This document shows, in pieces, positions 1 through 13,000 of a stretch of DNA of 64,000 nt; the first letter of the stretch is position 1, and each line of letters starts with the position of its first letter. The DNA comes from Williopsis jadinii (Eukaryota). A program made the translations under genes and the position numbers. The notes under the pieces were generated by a model. It was not told the origin of the DNA, made no database searches, and was given only the letters and a program-made list of their open reading frames with translations. Location: assembly GCA_024346625.1 (NCBI GenBank), contig AP024664.1, positions 186,001 to 250,000 of the forward strand, read 5' to 3'.

Positions 1-305
1 GTCCCGAGATTTGGATTCGGCAACGACGACCTTGTAGGTCTAGTCGCGTGGCCATAGCTTTCGGATCTCGAGGGGAATGGGTTTAGCACCGAAGGTTGAC
101 GGCCCGCAACCCTCGAATGGCCATGGACAAGCGGACATTTGAACAGCTGGGTCTCGTGCGATGGATGAATGATCTTATTCTGCTGCTGGCGCTCCACCAG
201 TGAGGCCAGAGAATCTGTAGAGGAGTACGTTGAGCCCATGGTGGCCATAGGCGATATTGGCGGCGAGCTGCCATCCATGGTTTTGTGCAGGATTTCACTG
301 ACCAT
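1..305 (-). CDS. Partial ORF (N-terminal 101 codons, runs off the window start), Ser/Pro/Gln-rich protein of unknown function
   Basis: Manual translation from ATG at 305: MVSEILHKTMDGSSPPISPMATMGSTYSSTDSLASLVERQQQNKIIHPSHETQLFKCPLVHGHSRVAGRQPSVLNPFPSRSESYGHATRPTRSSLPNPNLG..., no stop before base 1. Not in the ORF track. Confidence 0.5.
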   Translation of the reverse strand, partial: MVSEILHKTMDGSSPPISPMATMGSTYSSTDSLASLVERQQQNKIIHPSHETQLFKCPLVHGHSRVAGRQPSVLNPFPSRSESYGHATRPTRSSLPNPNLG

Positions 306-2712
306 GCTTAGTCTGTGATGCGGGTTTGAAGGTGCGGTGTGATCAATCTGGAGACTAAAGTAATCGCCCTGTTGGTCAGGTTGGCTTGGTCCGTTTGGTT
401 GGCGTCGTGGTGTACAAGAGTCGTTATTTGTAGCCGGGGAACTAACCACTTCCGCAGGCGATAGCGCTCCCTTGAGATGCGTAAAGGAGATTCCCTGACC
501 ATGGGACAGGTTCCTCGTCTCCATTATCGCACTGTGATGTCAATGTCTATAGCGGTACTTTATTTCCCTTTTCTTTCGATTGTTTTGAGTTTTGTTTTCA
601 CCGTGAGCAGCTTTGATGATTTTGTTGCTTTTGCTGTTGTCCTTTTTGATAGAAAAATTATTTGTTTGTGGCTGCTCGGTTTTGCGGGTTTGTGCAAATT
701 TTACGCCAGTTTATTGCCGGCTTGTCATTTTTTGCACATGGTCATAACGAAAGAAGAAGAGGCCGCGAAATTTCCCATTTGAAAGTTTGGTTGGCTTGTG
801 TTGGCCATGGGGTAAAAATCTCTGTGATTGTTGTAGTCACAGAGTGCTTAAACTGTTCACAGTTTAAACCGGACACCTTGGACATCCACTTAATGTTTCA
901 CCCCAGCATGATCTTGGATGATTGGATGCATTGTTGGTCACGCTTGTAAACATGCATGATTGACTAGTCTGCTAATGATTTAACTCCTCGGTTGAACTGT
1001 GCGGTGAAGACCATGGAGAAAACAGACCAACAAACTGTTCTATCAAGGAAAACAAAACATGGTGGATAGAAGAATGGTTTCATAGATATAAAAACCAAGC
1101 CTGCTACTAGAGTCCAGTTATATCTGCAGCTCTCCGTAAGGCCACCATCTGCTATTCAACTTCCTCTGTTCTACAGGGCACAATATTAATAGTCATTGTT
1201 CGGACACTTGTACCTGGTCGTTCGTTATCTGCCACTAGGTCGCGCCCACACGATTTCCCACATGATTTTGTGGCTAGCCACGGTATATTTTGGGGTTTGG
1301 ATTTATAGCACCATCAACTAGTGGGTGTACTCCTCCAGGCACATGCAACATAATCAACCGTTCATTACCACATGTTAGCAATCAACACCACATTGTAATT
1401 TAACCAAGGCTTGGTGATCACATATTAATCGTGGAGCAGTTTACAATCTCGGCGCACAAGAATCACAAAATACAGATCACAGACGCTCCTATAATTCATT
1501 CATAATTGTTAAGTTGGCCTGGAGGTTATAATGTCTTGGAGATTATTTTAAAGTTGTGGCGTGCATGAACATGCAGTGTGCACCATCATGTGTACCTACT
1601 TATGAACTTTGCATATATCCACCATGCAGAGTTCAATCTGATATATGAACAAAGCACACATTGCTTCTGGCTTTGGGTCTGTGGCACAGTACATATATGA
1701 AATGGATTGATAAGTGTAAAGTGTTTTTTACCAAGAATTAATTTAACCATGATAAGAAGTTAGGTCCAATATAGAACCATGTGTGAGGCTAATAACCATG
1801 CCTCGTAAATACGCAGTGCGTGTGTGTTTACCGAACTTGCCTCGGTAACGATTGAACAACTTTGATAAAGATACACGAAATGGACATGCCAGGAAGACTG
1901 GACATGTCCCTCACGTTTTGTCCATTTAGTTATACTCATGATTATGCATTAGCACATGAGACAATCTTTCTGCGCTGCTTCGCTGTAGCCGCAGTTGATC
2001 ACAGACAGACCAACATTGAGCTCAGTGCATAGCCATAATTTGAGTTTTCTTTCGATTATGAGCCATGATTGTATGCTCATGGACAACAACTCGATTCTCC
2101 GCCTCCAATTTCGTGTTCATTCCTTTACATGCTAGCACGAGTCAAAAAAACAAACTGTTGGTTTGGTTGTACAGGTGTTCTTTAAATAGCCGCCAATGCG
2201 TCTGTTACAATTCTGTCGCCAACTCAACGGGGTGCGGTTTTCACCTGATGAATTCTATCAGAGTCCTTACAATAAGCTGAACAAAGTCATGTTATTCTAC
2301 CATCCATGGTCACCATAAGTTGCAGTGTTGTTAAATGGGGAAAATGAGGGAATCACACTAAGAGACAACTCTGCGCCATAAAGACAGAGAGTTCCTGGAT
2401 AGAGGGATGTTTTAACATCGATAGATGATCATGAAACCCAGTGGGAGGCTTCTTTCAATGAATGTCACATAATCACAGTCATTATAGTGGATTAAATTTT
2501 CTGGACATCGTTGTCATGTTATGACCCAAAGCACATGGTCTCAAGAAGAAGTTGAGGAAGGAGATGGCCATCGATTACTCTACGGCATAGTTGAACAGAA
2601 AATTGCCTTTTCGGTTAAAGCTGTACTATACAAACAGTGATCAAAGACAATGCATAAAATCCCTCAAGTATCCACGACATTCAAAATGGATCAACTACAT
2701 GATCGTCTGTGA

Positions 2713-3759
2713 CTATTCTGGGATCTTCAACAGCAACTTTCCTGTGGTTTTTCTTCCTTCTAAGTCTGCAGCCGCTTGCTTGTAATCCTCCAACGAATAA
2801 ACCTTGCTGATGTCCACCTTCAACTTGCCACTCTCCACGAGCTCTTTCAAGCTTGTGGAGTAGTAGTCCCACTCTTCCGGTGTGACCAAGTAGTTGAACA
2901 CTGTTGGTCTCAAAACTTTGAGATTCTTCGATGTAAGCGTAGAGATTGAGAACGGTGGAACAGCACCACTGGCATTTCCAAATGACACAAGCGTACCCTT
3001 TCTAGCCAACGAGTCGAGCGAGATTTGGAAGGTATCCTTTCCCACACCATCGAATGACGCTTGAACGCCCTTGCCGTCGGTGAACTCTTTAACCTTTGCA
3101 ACTATATCATCGGTGGTTGAGTTGATCAGATACTCAGCACCTGCTTCCTTAGCCAATTGAAGCTTCTCATCAGTGGATGCAGTTGCGATAACATGTGCAC
3201 CTCTCAACTTGATCAATTGAGTCAACAAGAGGCCCACGCCGCCTGCAGCAGCATGTACAAGGATGTAATCACCCTTTTGGACCTTATAAGCTTCCTCGAT
3301 AAAAGTCAAGGCCGTGAATCCCTGGATGAACAACGCACCGTACAATTGCAATTTCTCATCTGTTGTATCCTCTGGTAGCTTATAAATCTTTGATTTGGGG
3401 TTGAACTTTGTGAACTGTGCAAAGGTCCCAGCAGAGCCATATGCAACGTAGTCACCAACCTTGTAATCTTGGACGTTCTTACCAACCTGGACAACTACTC
3501 CACTGGCCTCACGTCCCAGAGTATATGGCTTTTGCGAAGGATAAAGACCTATTCTGAAGTACTTCTCGATGAAGTTGACGCCTGCGTATTTGTTCTTGAT
3601 GAGCACTTCATCGTCTGAGATTTGAGGGACTGGCGTGTCCTCGTACTTGAGAACATCGAGACTCTCGCCTGTCTCGTGGATACGGATTGCCTTTTGAGTG
3701 GCTGGAATTGCGAATGACTTTGTAGACATTAATCTTTTACCTAGAAAGTTCTTCAACAT
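2713..3759 (-). CDS. ZTA1: NADPH:quinone oxidoreductase, zeta-crystallin family
   Basis: MDR-family motifs GVNFIE, LGREASG, HAAAGGVG, SFGNASG, GRKTTGKLLL. First ATG at 3759 (track start 3801 is TTG), second in-frame ATG at 3729. Confidence 0.92.
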   Translation of the reverse strand: MLKNFLGKRLMSTKSFAIPATQKAIRIHETGESLDVLKYEDTPVPQISDDEVLIKNKYAGVNFIEKYFRIGLYPSQKPYTLGREASGVVVQVGKNVQDYKVGDYVAYGSAGTFAQFTKFNPKSKIYKLPEDTTDEKLQLYGALFIQGFTALTFIEEAYKVQKGDYILVHAAAGGVGLLLTQLIKLRGAHVIATASTDEKLQLAKEAGAEYLINSTTDDIVAKVKEFTDGKGVQASFDGVGKDTFQISLDSLARKGTLVSFGNASGAVPPFSISTLTSKNLKVLRPTVFNYLVTPEEWDYYSTSLKELVESGKLKVDISKVYSLEDYKQAAADLEGRKTTGKLLLKIPE

Positions 3760-5894
3760 GTAGAGAATACCGTCAGCTTCCCAATGGATAACCTGGTTCA
3801 AATGATTGGTGGTTTATATATGTATCTGGGACATTATTACACTGTGGCTTTCCCATTTCCAACAACGGGGGAGATTATTACATAATGCGCACCGGATAAT
3901 TTGTCATCAGCAGCAGCACACGAATGAGTAATATGGGTGATCGGTGGGACAATCCAAGTTTGAAGGCACTCACGGGCGTGGAACCATAGAAACACGGGAT
4001 TCAGCCGACACCTGTACAGATTCCAGCCCTTTCCACAATTTTATTGGTGTATATAAAAGGTGGATTTATTAGGGATTCCCCTTCATAGTTTAGGTCGGAA
4101 ATCGCATGGGCACGTGAATTGACACAAGCCTTCCGACTTCCCATAAACTAGCTTCCTAACATCGCAATTCAGTTGCGGATCAAGTTTGTATGATTTACAA
4201 TGTGGAAAATTACGATGTCTGGCATACCACCACATCCGCATGATGGTCCAAGATACGAACAAAGGCTGAGTGACACGGAAACAAGCTCTTATCTGTTGTA
4301 ATTTGCAACTATGCGTAGTAGATAGAGTGATTCAAGAAGACGTCATAGTTGTATAACTTCTAACTTCCATGTACTGGGGATTTAGTTCCAATGAGAGGCG
4401 TTCTGGGGCTCGGCCCAACCTGGCCATTGGATGTCTTTCATGAGGCAAATCCGCTTGATGACACGCATGTGTGTGTGTCGGGCTACAACGCTGACACCAG
4501 CTTTCCGTAGAGTTCCTACTCCTATCAAATATCTTCGACATCAAGTGGGTTCTTCTGGAGGGGCTAAATGAGGGAATCCTTATCCTCAACTTTCCAATTG
4601 TTGACTGCATAGAGCTGCCTAGCTAGACGCGATTTAATCTCCACTCATCTGTACTGCGTGTAAAGTGGGTAGTACAATGAAGCACATACATAACACGGAG
4701 TACACGGTGAGGGAGACACATTTCCAAGCGACGAGTAACAAATTGGTTTCCCACCAAGCGCGGCAAGTTCACAGCAGAATTGGATGATTTCTAGCCTCCC
4801 AAGTGCTACAGATTTGGGTCCCTCTTGTCTGACGAATTGGCTGGAGGATGATCATCTGGTTAGCTCTAACGTCGGTTTGTATGTGGGCGAGATGCGGTCT
4901 TTACGAGCTCACCGAGGTTGGGAGAAATCTCCTGCAGGGAGAAATTATATATGATGTACAATTATTAACAAGAACACACATCTTTGGATTAGCCAATACT
5001 GGCTAATCCAATGGGCATTGTACAGGATAATTCTCGCCCTGTATTGATGTACGTAGAAAGTTCCACCGTGGATCGCTGTTCAAGTCAATGTTCTTTTACA
5101 AACAGTGTCAAGGTCCCGGTAGATGCTCAGTATTTGTTCGCTCGATGCAGATGCGCTTGTTGCCGCAATGCTGACCACCCACCACGCTACTTCCTAATTC
5201 GTCTGAGCACGTCTTTCGTGCACGGTGCCCACCACCACTGTCCGGTGTCGATCTACACCAGAAGGGACAGCTGGCTGAAGCACCCGCCCCTTAAAAAATA
5301 ATCATAAACGAATGGATTTCTGCCTAAAAAGTCCATTTCCACGAGAGGGGAGGAAAAATTGAACTATGGAGGGCACATGGTGAATAATTCATGCCGGCTT
5401 AGCCATCGGAAACCTTTTTAGTAATATCTGCTTTACGGGGTTTATCGATTGTGTACAGATTACAAAAAACACCAGTGATTATAAGGTGATCAAGGAGGGT
5501 TTGGCGACTATCTTCTACGAAGCGGCAGCGGGCATGCCGAATTGTTCCTGTTTGACCATCCAGGGATTCAATTTTCATAAAGTTTGACACAAAAGTTGTT
5601 CCAGACTGGATTACCAATTTTTCCATTTGGTGATCAAGACGCCTTGAACTCTATTATTTCGATAGTTAACCGCACGTAGCATTAGGTTGGGCATCGAATG
5701 CGAATCGGTGTGCCTTGACCATAGAAATGTAGGCTACTCTCTCGGCACCACTCTATGTTCATAACCGCACGTTTACAACTGTTGTGTTTTGACGCTACTG
5801 GATACAGTTGAATATTCGTTAATTTCGTTATAGACATAGTTGCTTTATCTGGATGAAGAAGAAGGTTGTGATTGTAATGTCGACTTGCAGTTAC

Positions 5895-7025
5895 TCAATT
5901 CGATGATCTGCTCAGCTTTACCGACCTCCATTTCTGGGCAAGGTCAGTACAGACGGGTTCAAAATTCTCATCTCTTTCAGTAATATGGTCCAGCCATCTT
6001 TCTGCTGTCATCTCACGGCCACAGAGACAATGTCCTTTATATTGGAGTTTCTGTTGTAAAGACTTCATCTTCTTCACTGAGGGATCCTTGAGGATGAAAT
6101 GTGTGTGTAATAAGTGCTTCTTAAAATCGTACTGTCTGTTAAATGCTCCCGTCTTGTGGTTACAGCACTCCTTTGGATACACACATCTGAACCTGGAAAC
6201 AGGGTCATGTGTTCGTCTATGTCTCACGAAATCCCTTGTGACCTTGCGCCCACAGATATCGCACTGATGAACAGTTCTTGGTTTAGTTCCGGCTTGCTTC
6301 TCCTGAGATCTGTCGATAACTTCAATTGCCGGAGGTTGGACATAAGGTGTGGTGTAAATAGGATAAACCATTCCAGATGGCATCGTCATACTTCCGGTGG
6401 AGCTCAACGAGCTTGAAGAGGATCCATGTGCAATATGGGCCAATTGTAACTGTTGTTCTGGTAGTGGTTGTTGTTCAGGTGCCTGAGAAGTCCTGGAAAC
6501 GGTAAAACCAGAAACGTTAGTCGAATGCTGAAGTGCCTGAGCTTCTGATGGAGAGTTCGGCGACGGGACAGAATAACTCAAAGATCTATGACGTGGTTGT
6601 TGATTCCATGAAAAAGTCGACGGTATCGAGTTCTTTCTTGGTGTGTATTTATTTTCAACCGTTGATTTCTGGGACGGCGGAAGCATTGTTTGGTAGGACA
6701 TTGGTCCCTGTAACGGTTCATAGTTGTTTGAGGATACCGAGCCAGCTGGCATAATGACGACCGGTGCCAATGGAGGGTTCAGACTGTTGATAAAGCTTTC
6801 AGTGAAGGCGACAGAAGGTAGTCGCACCCTGGTTCTTACTCCATATTCCCCGTCAGGCTGTTCCGCCTCTTGATTTGAGCTTAAAGACGCCGAGGACGCC
6901 GAGACACCTCTCTTGAGATAGTTGGTCGAGTTTGACATCATGCTAAAACTTGGGCGGAAGTACTGATCAGTTGGCGTGCGATATGAAAGAGGATCTGTAG
7001 AGATTTGTGGACCATAGAGTGTCAT
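5895..7025 (-). CDS. C2H2 zinc-finger transcription factor (paralog A), S/P/Q-rich N-terminus
   Basis: CDICG...RHRRTH and CVYPKECC...FNRQYDFKKHLLHTH fingers, plus a CLCG...WLDHI...C motif near the C-terminus. Confidence 0.88.
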   Translation of the reverse strand: MTLYGPQISTDPLSYRTPTDQYFRPSFSMMSNSTNYLKRGVSASSASLSSNQEAEQPDGEYGVRTRVRLPSVAFTESFINSLNPPLAPVVIMPAGSVSSNNYEPLQGPMSYQTMLPPSQKSTVENKYTPRKNSIPSTFSWNQQPRHRSLSYSVPSPNSPSEAQALQHSTNVSGFTVSRTSQAPEQQPLPEQQLQLAHIAHGSSSSSLSSTGSMTMPSGMVYPIYTTPYVQPPAIEVIDRSQEKQAGTKPRTVHQCDICGRKVTRDFVRHRRTHDPVSRFRCVYPKECCNHKTGAFNRQYDFKKHLLHTHFILKDPSVKKMKSLQQKLQYKGHCLCGREMTAERWLDHITERDENFEPVCTDLAQKWRSVKLSRSSN

Positions 7026-10000
7026 TTCGAGGATTCACCAGTATATTAACAGGGGTGGAACTGATAAAGGAAAAAACACACAGAGAGCTTGTGACTTCAA
7101 TGAAACAGGTGGCCTTGAAGAGGATATCTATTTAAATAAATACCTCGTAGTTGGTACACCGTACGATGGAGGAGACACTCACAAGCGACCAATCACCAAC
7201 TCAAGCAGGAGAAGGCAAGTTCCTGTATATATAAATGTGTGTGAATGTACGTGCGCTGGTGAACGTATGTACTCTGTATGTATACTCCTATGCCCTTCAG
7301 TTCTTGATTTGCGAGCAAGCGTACATATATCACAACCTACATGAGACTATTGCAGGAGGACTTGTCTTTGGAGGTGTCTCTACTTAAATACAGCAGAAGA
7401 ATTTAGGAAAAAAAGCAGGCGAACCAATAAAGTCCTATCCAGGATATGACGCCTTGATCACACTTAGTGATAAGCACCTTTCTTCATGACTTTGAGGATT
7501 GAACAGACAACCATTGGGGGACAACTATTTGTTTGAGTGATGTAATCAAAGTGGGATGCTCACTCGAAATTTCAGTTTACACGACGCACAAAAAAAAGAA
7601 AATGCAAAGCAAAAAAAAAGAGGAGATCTGACAAGCTACATCTAGATGAAGTATGGACATGCATACATATGTATTAGAGCTCCAATAGGTGCATGATTTC
7701 CGCAGAAAAGAACAGATTTGTACCGTGCATTACAGAAAATTAGGATAGGACCGGGAAGTGGGAAGTTCGGACTGTGTAGAGGACCATTAGAGAAGGACAG
7801 GTAAGGTGGTCAAATGACCCAGGGCCCCTGCTTTCGGGGAGGGTGGTCAGGAGGACAGCATTGAGTTGTGGATACTCTGGCCCCAAAACGGCCATGTATC
7901 GGACATTCAAAATTACCACTCTTAAACTATAATTGATAGACCATAACCATCGGCAAGAGGTGAAAATTTTTGCCCAGTGAACTTAGAACGAGAAACAATA
8001 GTTATAAATACCTGTCCCCCCTCACTATAAGGTACACAGCTACGCCTGGCTAAATTGTAGATACCGATATTATCAAAACTCTGATATGAGCCACGATAAG
8101 TTATCTCTGTTCTTCACCCTACCCAAGTTCTGTCATTCAAGCGTTGCCATGTAAAACATATCAGGGTTGATTCAATTGCTCAGAGTGCGACGTAAGTTCT
8201 TGAACCGTACATGAAACTTTCGTTTCACAATTGAGACATATTTTCCAAAACTATGTTGGGGGCTGAGAAAGACGAAAAAAGAAATGAACTCTGCTGCCAA
8301 AGAAATGATTATTCCTTGCAGAATCGGCTTTGGACACCACAGTGAGATGCTGCAAAATCGTAATAATCTTGAACCTTAATTGACTTGGCCTCTTCGTTTG
8401 ACAATTTTCATCCTGCGCTCATCCACCAGACATGCTTTTGACCTGAGAAGAAGAGACCGGTAAAGAAATGTAAATGCGTCAAATAAACTGTTTAAGGTTA
8501 AACAAGCTCAACACATGGTGTCTAACCAAGTTCAAGGTTAAATCCTTGCGAATTCTGTGTGTCTCAACCCCTTTGGAAATCGGGGGCGTCCAATCAGCAG
8601 AGTCCCAGCGAACAGTTTTTCTAGTCACATTAAATCTGTGCGGTAACCATGCAGCCATTCTGTACTGCGTGTATGATCTCAAGAACCTGGTCAGATTTAG
8701 GGGGCAACAATTCACGAGCAGGTGTACATTGTAGGGTGACACTACAGCTACGGCAATCCGAAACCTCTATCCCTAAGTGCAAACTTTTTAAGACCAATAA
8801 CCATGACAATTCCATTACAATATGTATCGAACTATCTACGCAGACAGACTGCTTTAAAATACAGGGTCATATCGCCTCTACAAGAAACGGGGTCAATCTG
8901 TTCGTACCTTGCCTCTAAAGCAGAGAAAACTATTCGTACAATGGAGGCTTTCGACGACTGAGGAGTTTGACAGGATTCAGTTTGCACATGAGAATTGCAA
9001 CTTTAAAACTCGTGTATTTAGTAACTCTACAGAGTATGGTATCCGTATATGACAATGTATATACGAACAATTCGTGTTTGTATGTGTGATACGTTTGTTG
9101 TCTTCTTTAGCAAGATTAGTTACTAGCTCATCAAGTCGGCTGCTGAACTGCTAATTGATAACTTCCGCTTCTAACCGATGCTTTTGAGCTATACGTATCT
9201 AACAAACACCCCTAAAGAATTCTCAAAGCTTTGCAAGTGACAACAAAAAGATGCCGTCTACGTGCTGTATTCATATTTATCCGATGGGTTCTTCTACAAA
9301 CCAGTGATGTGCCGACATATATGCTAGGTATACAGTAGTCTACCGTGGATTAATAGATTTAGTTCTCCCGCGGAGCTCATGTGTGCGTTTAAGTCAGCCT
9401 AAGGCGTCAGCTCCGAGAATCATCATCAAAGACGTCATGGTGGACACAACGATATCCCTCCAAGATGCACATTGTCCTCGGCAACTTTGCGGGTTATTTC
9501 CAGCAGTACGTCTATTATACCAAGCAGCCATGTTTTTCTTGACGTTCAAGGTTTTCTTCTACGTCGATATATATTTGATCTCTGGCGAATTCCTTGATGC
9601 TTACGCTTCCACATGTCAATCACATGGACTTATGTGGCTTATGGAGTACAGCCACGTTTAAGGAGGCAGGACAGATGCGGTGATTTGTGATTCAATTAAT
9701 TAAGACTACGTGGAAAGTTGTGCAGATACTGCGGTCCAATGAAGAATTGAATGATCACCATGCTATTCAACATGGCTTTATATTTTTGAGACGGCTGTAT
9801 GTCTAAAATGGGACTGAATGCAGTTAGTCAACACGATAATTACTGGTTATACTGTACTGCTGATTTGTTCACACTTAAGATGTCATTCCATTGCAGTTTA
9901 CTAAACGCCAAAGTAGATGAGCAGTCGTCATTGATATTTTCTATATATTTAGATGTCTATGATACCAAACCTACAAGGCAACTGTTGTACCAGTTTCTCA

Positions 10001-13000
10001 ATCGATTCAGATCAGAACATTCACTGCGAAGCAGTACACCCAAGGCGCCAGACCAAATATGCACCACAACAGATATGCGCTTGTAGACATGGTTGTCCTT
10101 TATTTAACCGGCATGCCGTGTGATCGTTCCTGGTTTATCAGGTGCTGAAGTGAAATACAATTGATTGCGTGTAAGGCGATTTTCAACGAACTCAGTGAAA
10201 TCTATTACCTCATCATGAAAGACCTGAGGGAAATATATGACATCGGCTTCAAACTGGACAAAGGCAAGTGGGTGCCCAGTTTTTGAGAGAACATACATAT
10301 CTTAAGAATAACCATAGACAATATGCAGATTTATAATGTCTCAAAGAAGTGCAGGGGGATACGATATTGCTTGGTATTTCAAAACAAGTGAATACCCCTT
10401 GTAGCCCATGTGGTACACTTCCGTCTTTAAACCCATTATTCGTGAATTGTAATCGTGAGAACATGAACTGATGTAGACTTTTAGCTGCTTCTTGGCAACC
10501 TGGCTGGTTGTAATAGAACAGATATTACGTCTGCATTCGACTGGGTATTTCCCATTAATTACTGAAAGCTCTTCTACATCGTACATGCCTTAGGATTGTA
10601 AGTTATGAGCCATATAGACACGTCCTGGAAATCTGTGCAACTACTCTTCCCTACACAGTTCACTGCAAGAGAAGTATTAGCACCAGCAATGTCCGCAATC
10701 TGCTTATACAACAATCCTGTGGGATATATAGTTGTCTTTATTTTCTAAATGAATTTAGCATATGGAACACAGGAGTCTGATTGCTTTCGGTTTAATTATT
10801 CCGAGAGTCATGTATCCACCAGTCGATAAACCTGCAGATCCAGGTCACGTCTTTTCTATGCGCAACATTTTTCCAAGGGAGCGAGGCGGTCCATACAGAA
10901 TTGACTGCGATGGGTTAGGCAACTTAATCTAGAATACCAAACCCGCGGAAAAATGACAGATGGTTATCACCAATTTATCATTTGTGAAGTCAGGATATTT
11001 TGCAGCAAACGAACACGCCTCAACGAATCGAGGAAAAGTGAATGATACACACGGAAATCAATTAACGCAACAGCCTCATTTCTTCTTCTTGCCAATGTGA
11101 GGACCATTTAGCCAATTCGAAGAAGAAGTCCAGATTCAGGTCACATTGTTTTTATCTGTCTACAGGCTCGTAGCTGTTGGTGACAAGCAGGCAGACTACG
11201 AAAGGAATCTGATTACTACTGGGTAGTACTTCAGTAATAAAATGTAGAGTGTGCCATTTTGCAGGATTTTGGCTGCGAGGTCCTTGACGTGTTTGGATTT
11301 GCGTTTCTTGTACGACGCCCCGAAATTCCACATCGAACTTCACTTGCCGGAGTTCTGTCTTATGGTGTACTCTTTGCAACATCTCGGGATTGTATCGAAG
11401 CCAACATCTCAGCGCTTTCACGCCATATTACTGCCAAGGTAACATATTGCAAACAAAGCAGTGTGTTTTGTCTACGTGTTCAGCTCTGGGAGCACTATTG
11501 TGACGTCAGCTTCAACAAATGTACTGGAGCTACCATAACAGCGATTATGAAAGTGAACCAATTGTCGACATACTTATACGCTATTATTGTTGATCTTCAT
11601 ACACAAGATATGACCAGTTGTTCAGAAATAGCTTAAGTAATAAGCACGAGTGATATGAAATTAGATCTATTCTGTACTTTACTTTATTGAAATTCAAAGC
11701 AGTTGTGTCAGAAGTGTTTGATCTTTAACGGTGTTCAGAAAGTGAGCTGTGTTGTTTTTTTTTGAAAAGAGATTCTCGACAATCGGACTATAGTACCTAA
11801 GTGATTCATCGGGCGTGAGACCATACGATTGGTTAAGTTCAAGTTTAAGAACCAGTTCTATCAGAGGGAGTACAATGGAGGAACAGGCGCCCCAATATCA
11901 CTCTTATGACAAATGATTAATCCGCGGCCGAAGATAGCTCTACGACAATTAGCAGTCCTTTAGATGTTATACGGGCATTTATGGATGAGATCATTATAGC
12001 TACACATATCCATACATACGGTACCTATTAGTAGACAGTACTAGATGTTCTCAAAGGTCTACATCTGCAGACAATTTGCTATTGAAAGGCTTTAGTAGAC
12101 CATGCGCCAGACAACGCAGAGACTGAGTTAAGCTCAGAAGTGAAAACCTAATCTCTGGGTCATTTACAAACCACGCACTACGAGAACCAATATATACACT
12201 AATCTGGATCCTGAAGTTCAGAAAACAAGATTACCCAACCTTGAATTTTTGAAAAGCACATATAACCTCATCTAGAGTGAAAGCTAAAATGTGATATTTG
12301 ATGTAAGCAGGACGTTACTTGAATCAATGACCCCGCAGAGTCCAAGTGAACTAAATTGTCAACTTCATAGGCAGTTGTGGTGAAAAAGTTGCCAGCCCGA
12401 AAGCATACGATCGGACTAAACTGTAAAAGCATGTTGTTAGTGATGTAAGTAAAACTATAGGGAGGGGGGAATTCGGGGAGTTACACGCATATTTCTGTCA
12501 AAATTTAGGTGGATGGCGCCAGTAACTGAGAACCGAACACTTAGGGAAAAACAACCAGACATGGTCGCAGTCGCAGGGTGAGGCGTTGTGAGACATTCAT
12601 TCACATGCTAAGGTCTCGATTTCAAATTTCAGCAGACCCAGGAGATCCTAAGACCAGTGAACACGACATAGTCGTGCAATGACTCCAGACTTTTCAGCTC
12701 TGGTTGCCGGTGCTTCAAGGTGAACCTTGATTTACACCAAAGCTTAACTAGATTGTAATGTACAGAGACCGCATGCACATATGGGTATAGGGTTCGTAGG
12801 ATATAGTATGTACTAAGCGTACGTGAATGCGACACAAGACGTTGAGTTATGACGGATTATGATGTCGCTGCCCGGAACCTGGAACTTCTGATTGTAAACT
12901 GAAAAAAGAGGATGTATACACAGCAAGGATGCTGAGAAATGAACGCTATGTTTTAAGTTTCAAGGGGTTTTAACTGGCGTCAGTAGTTGGTCAGTGTTTA

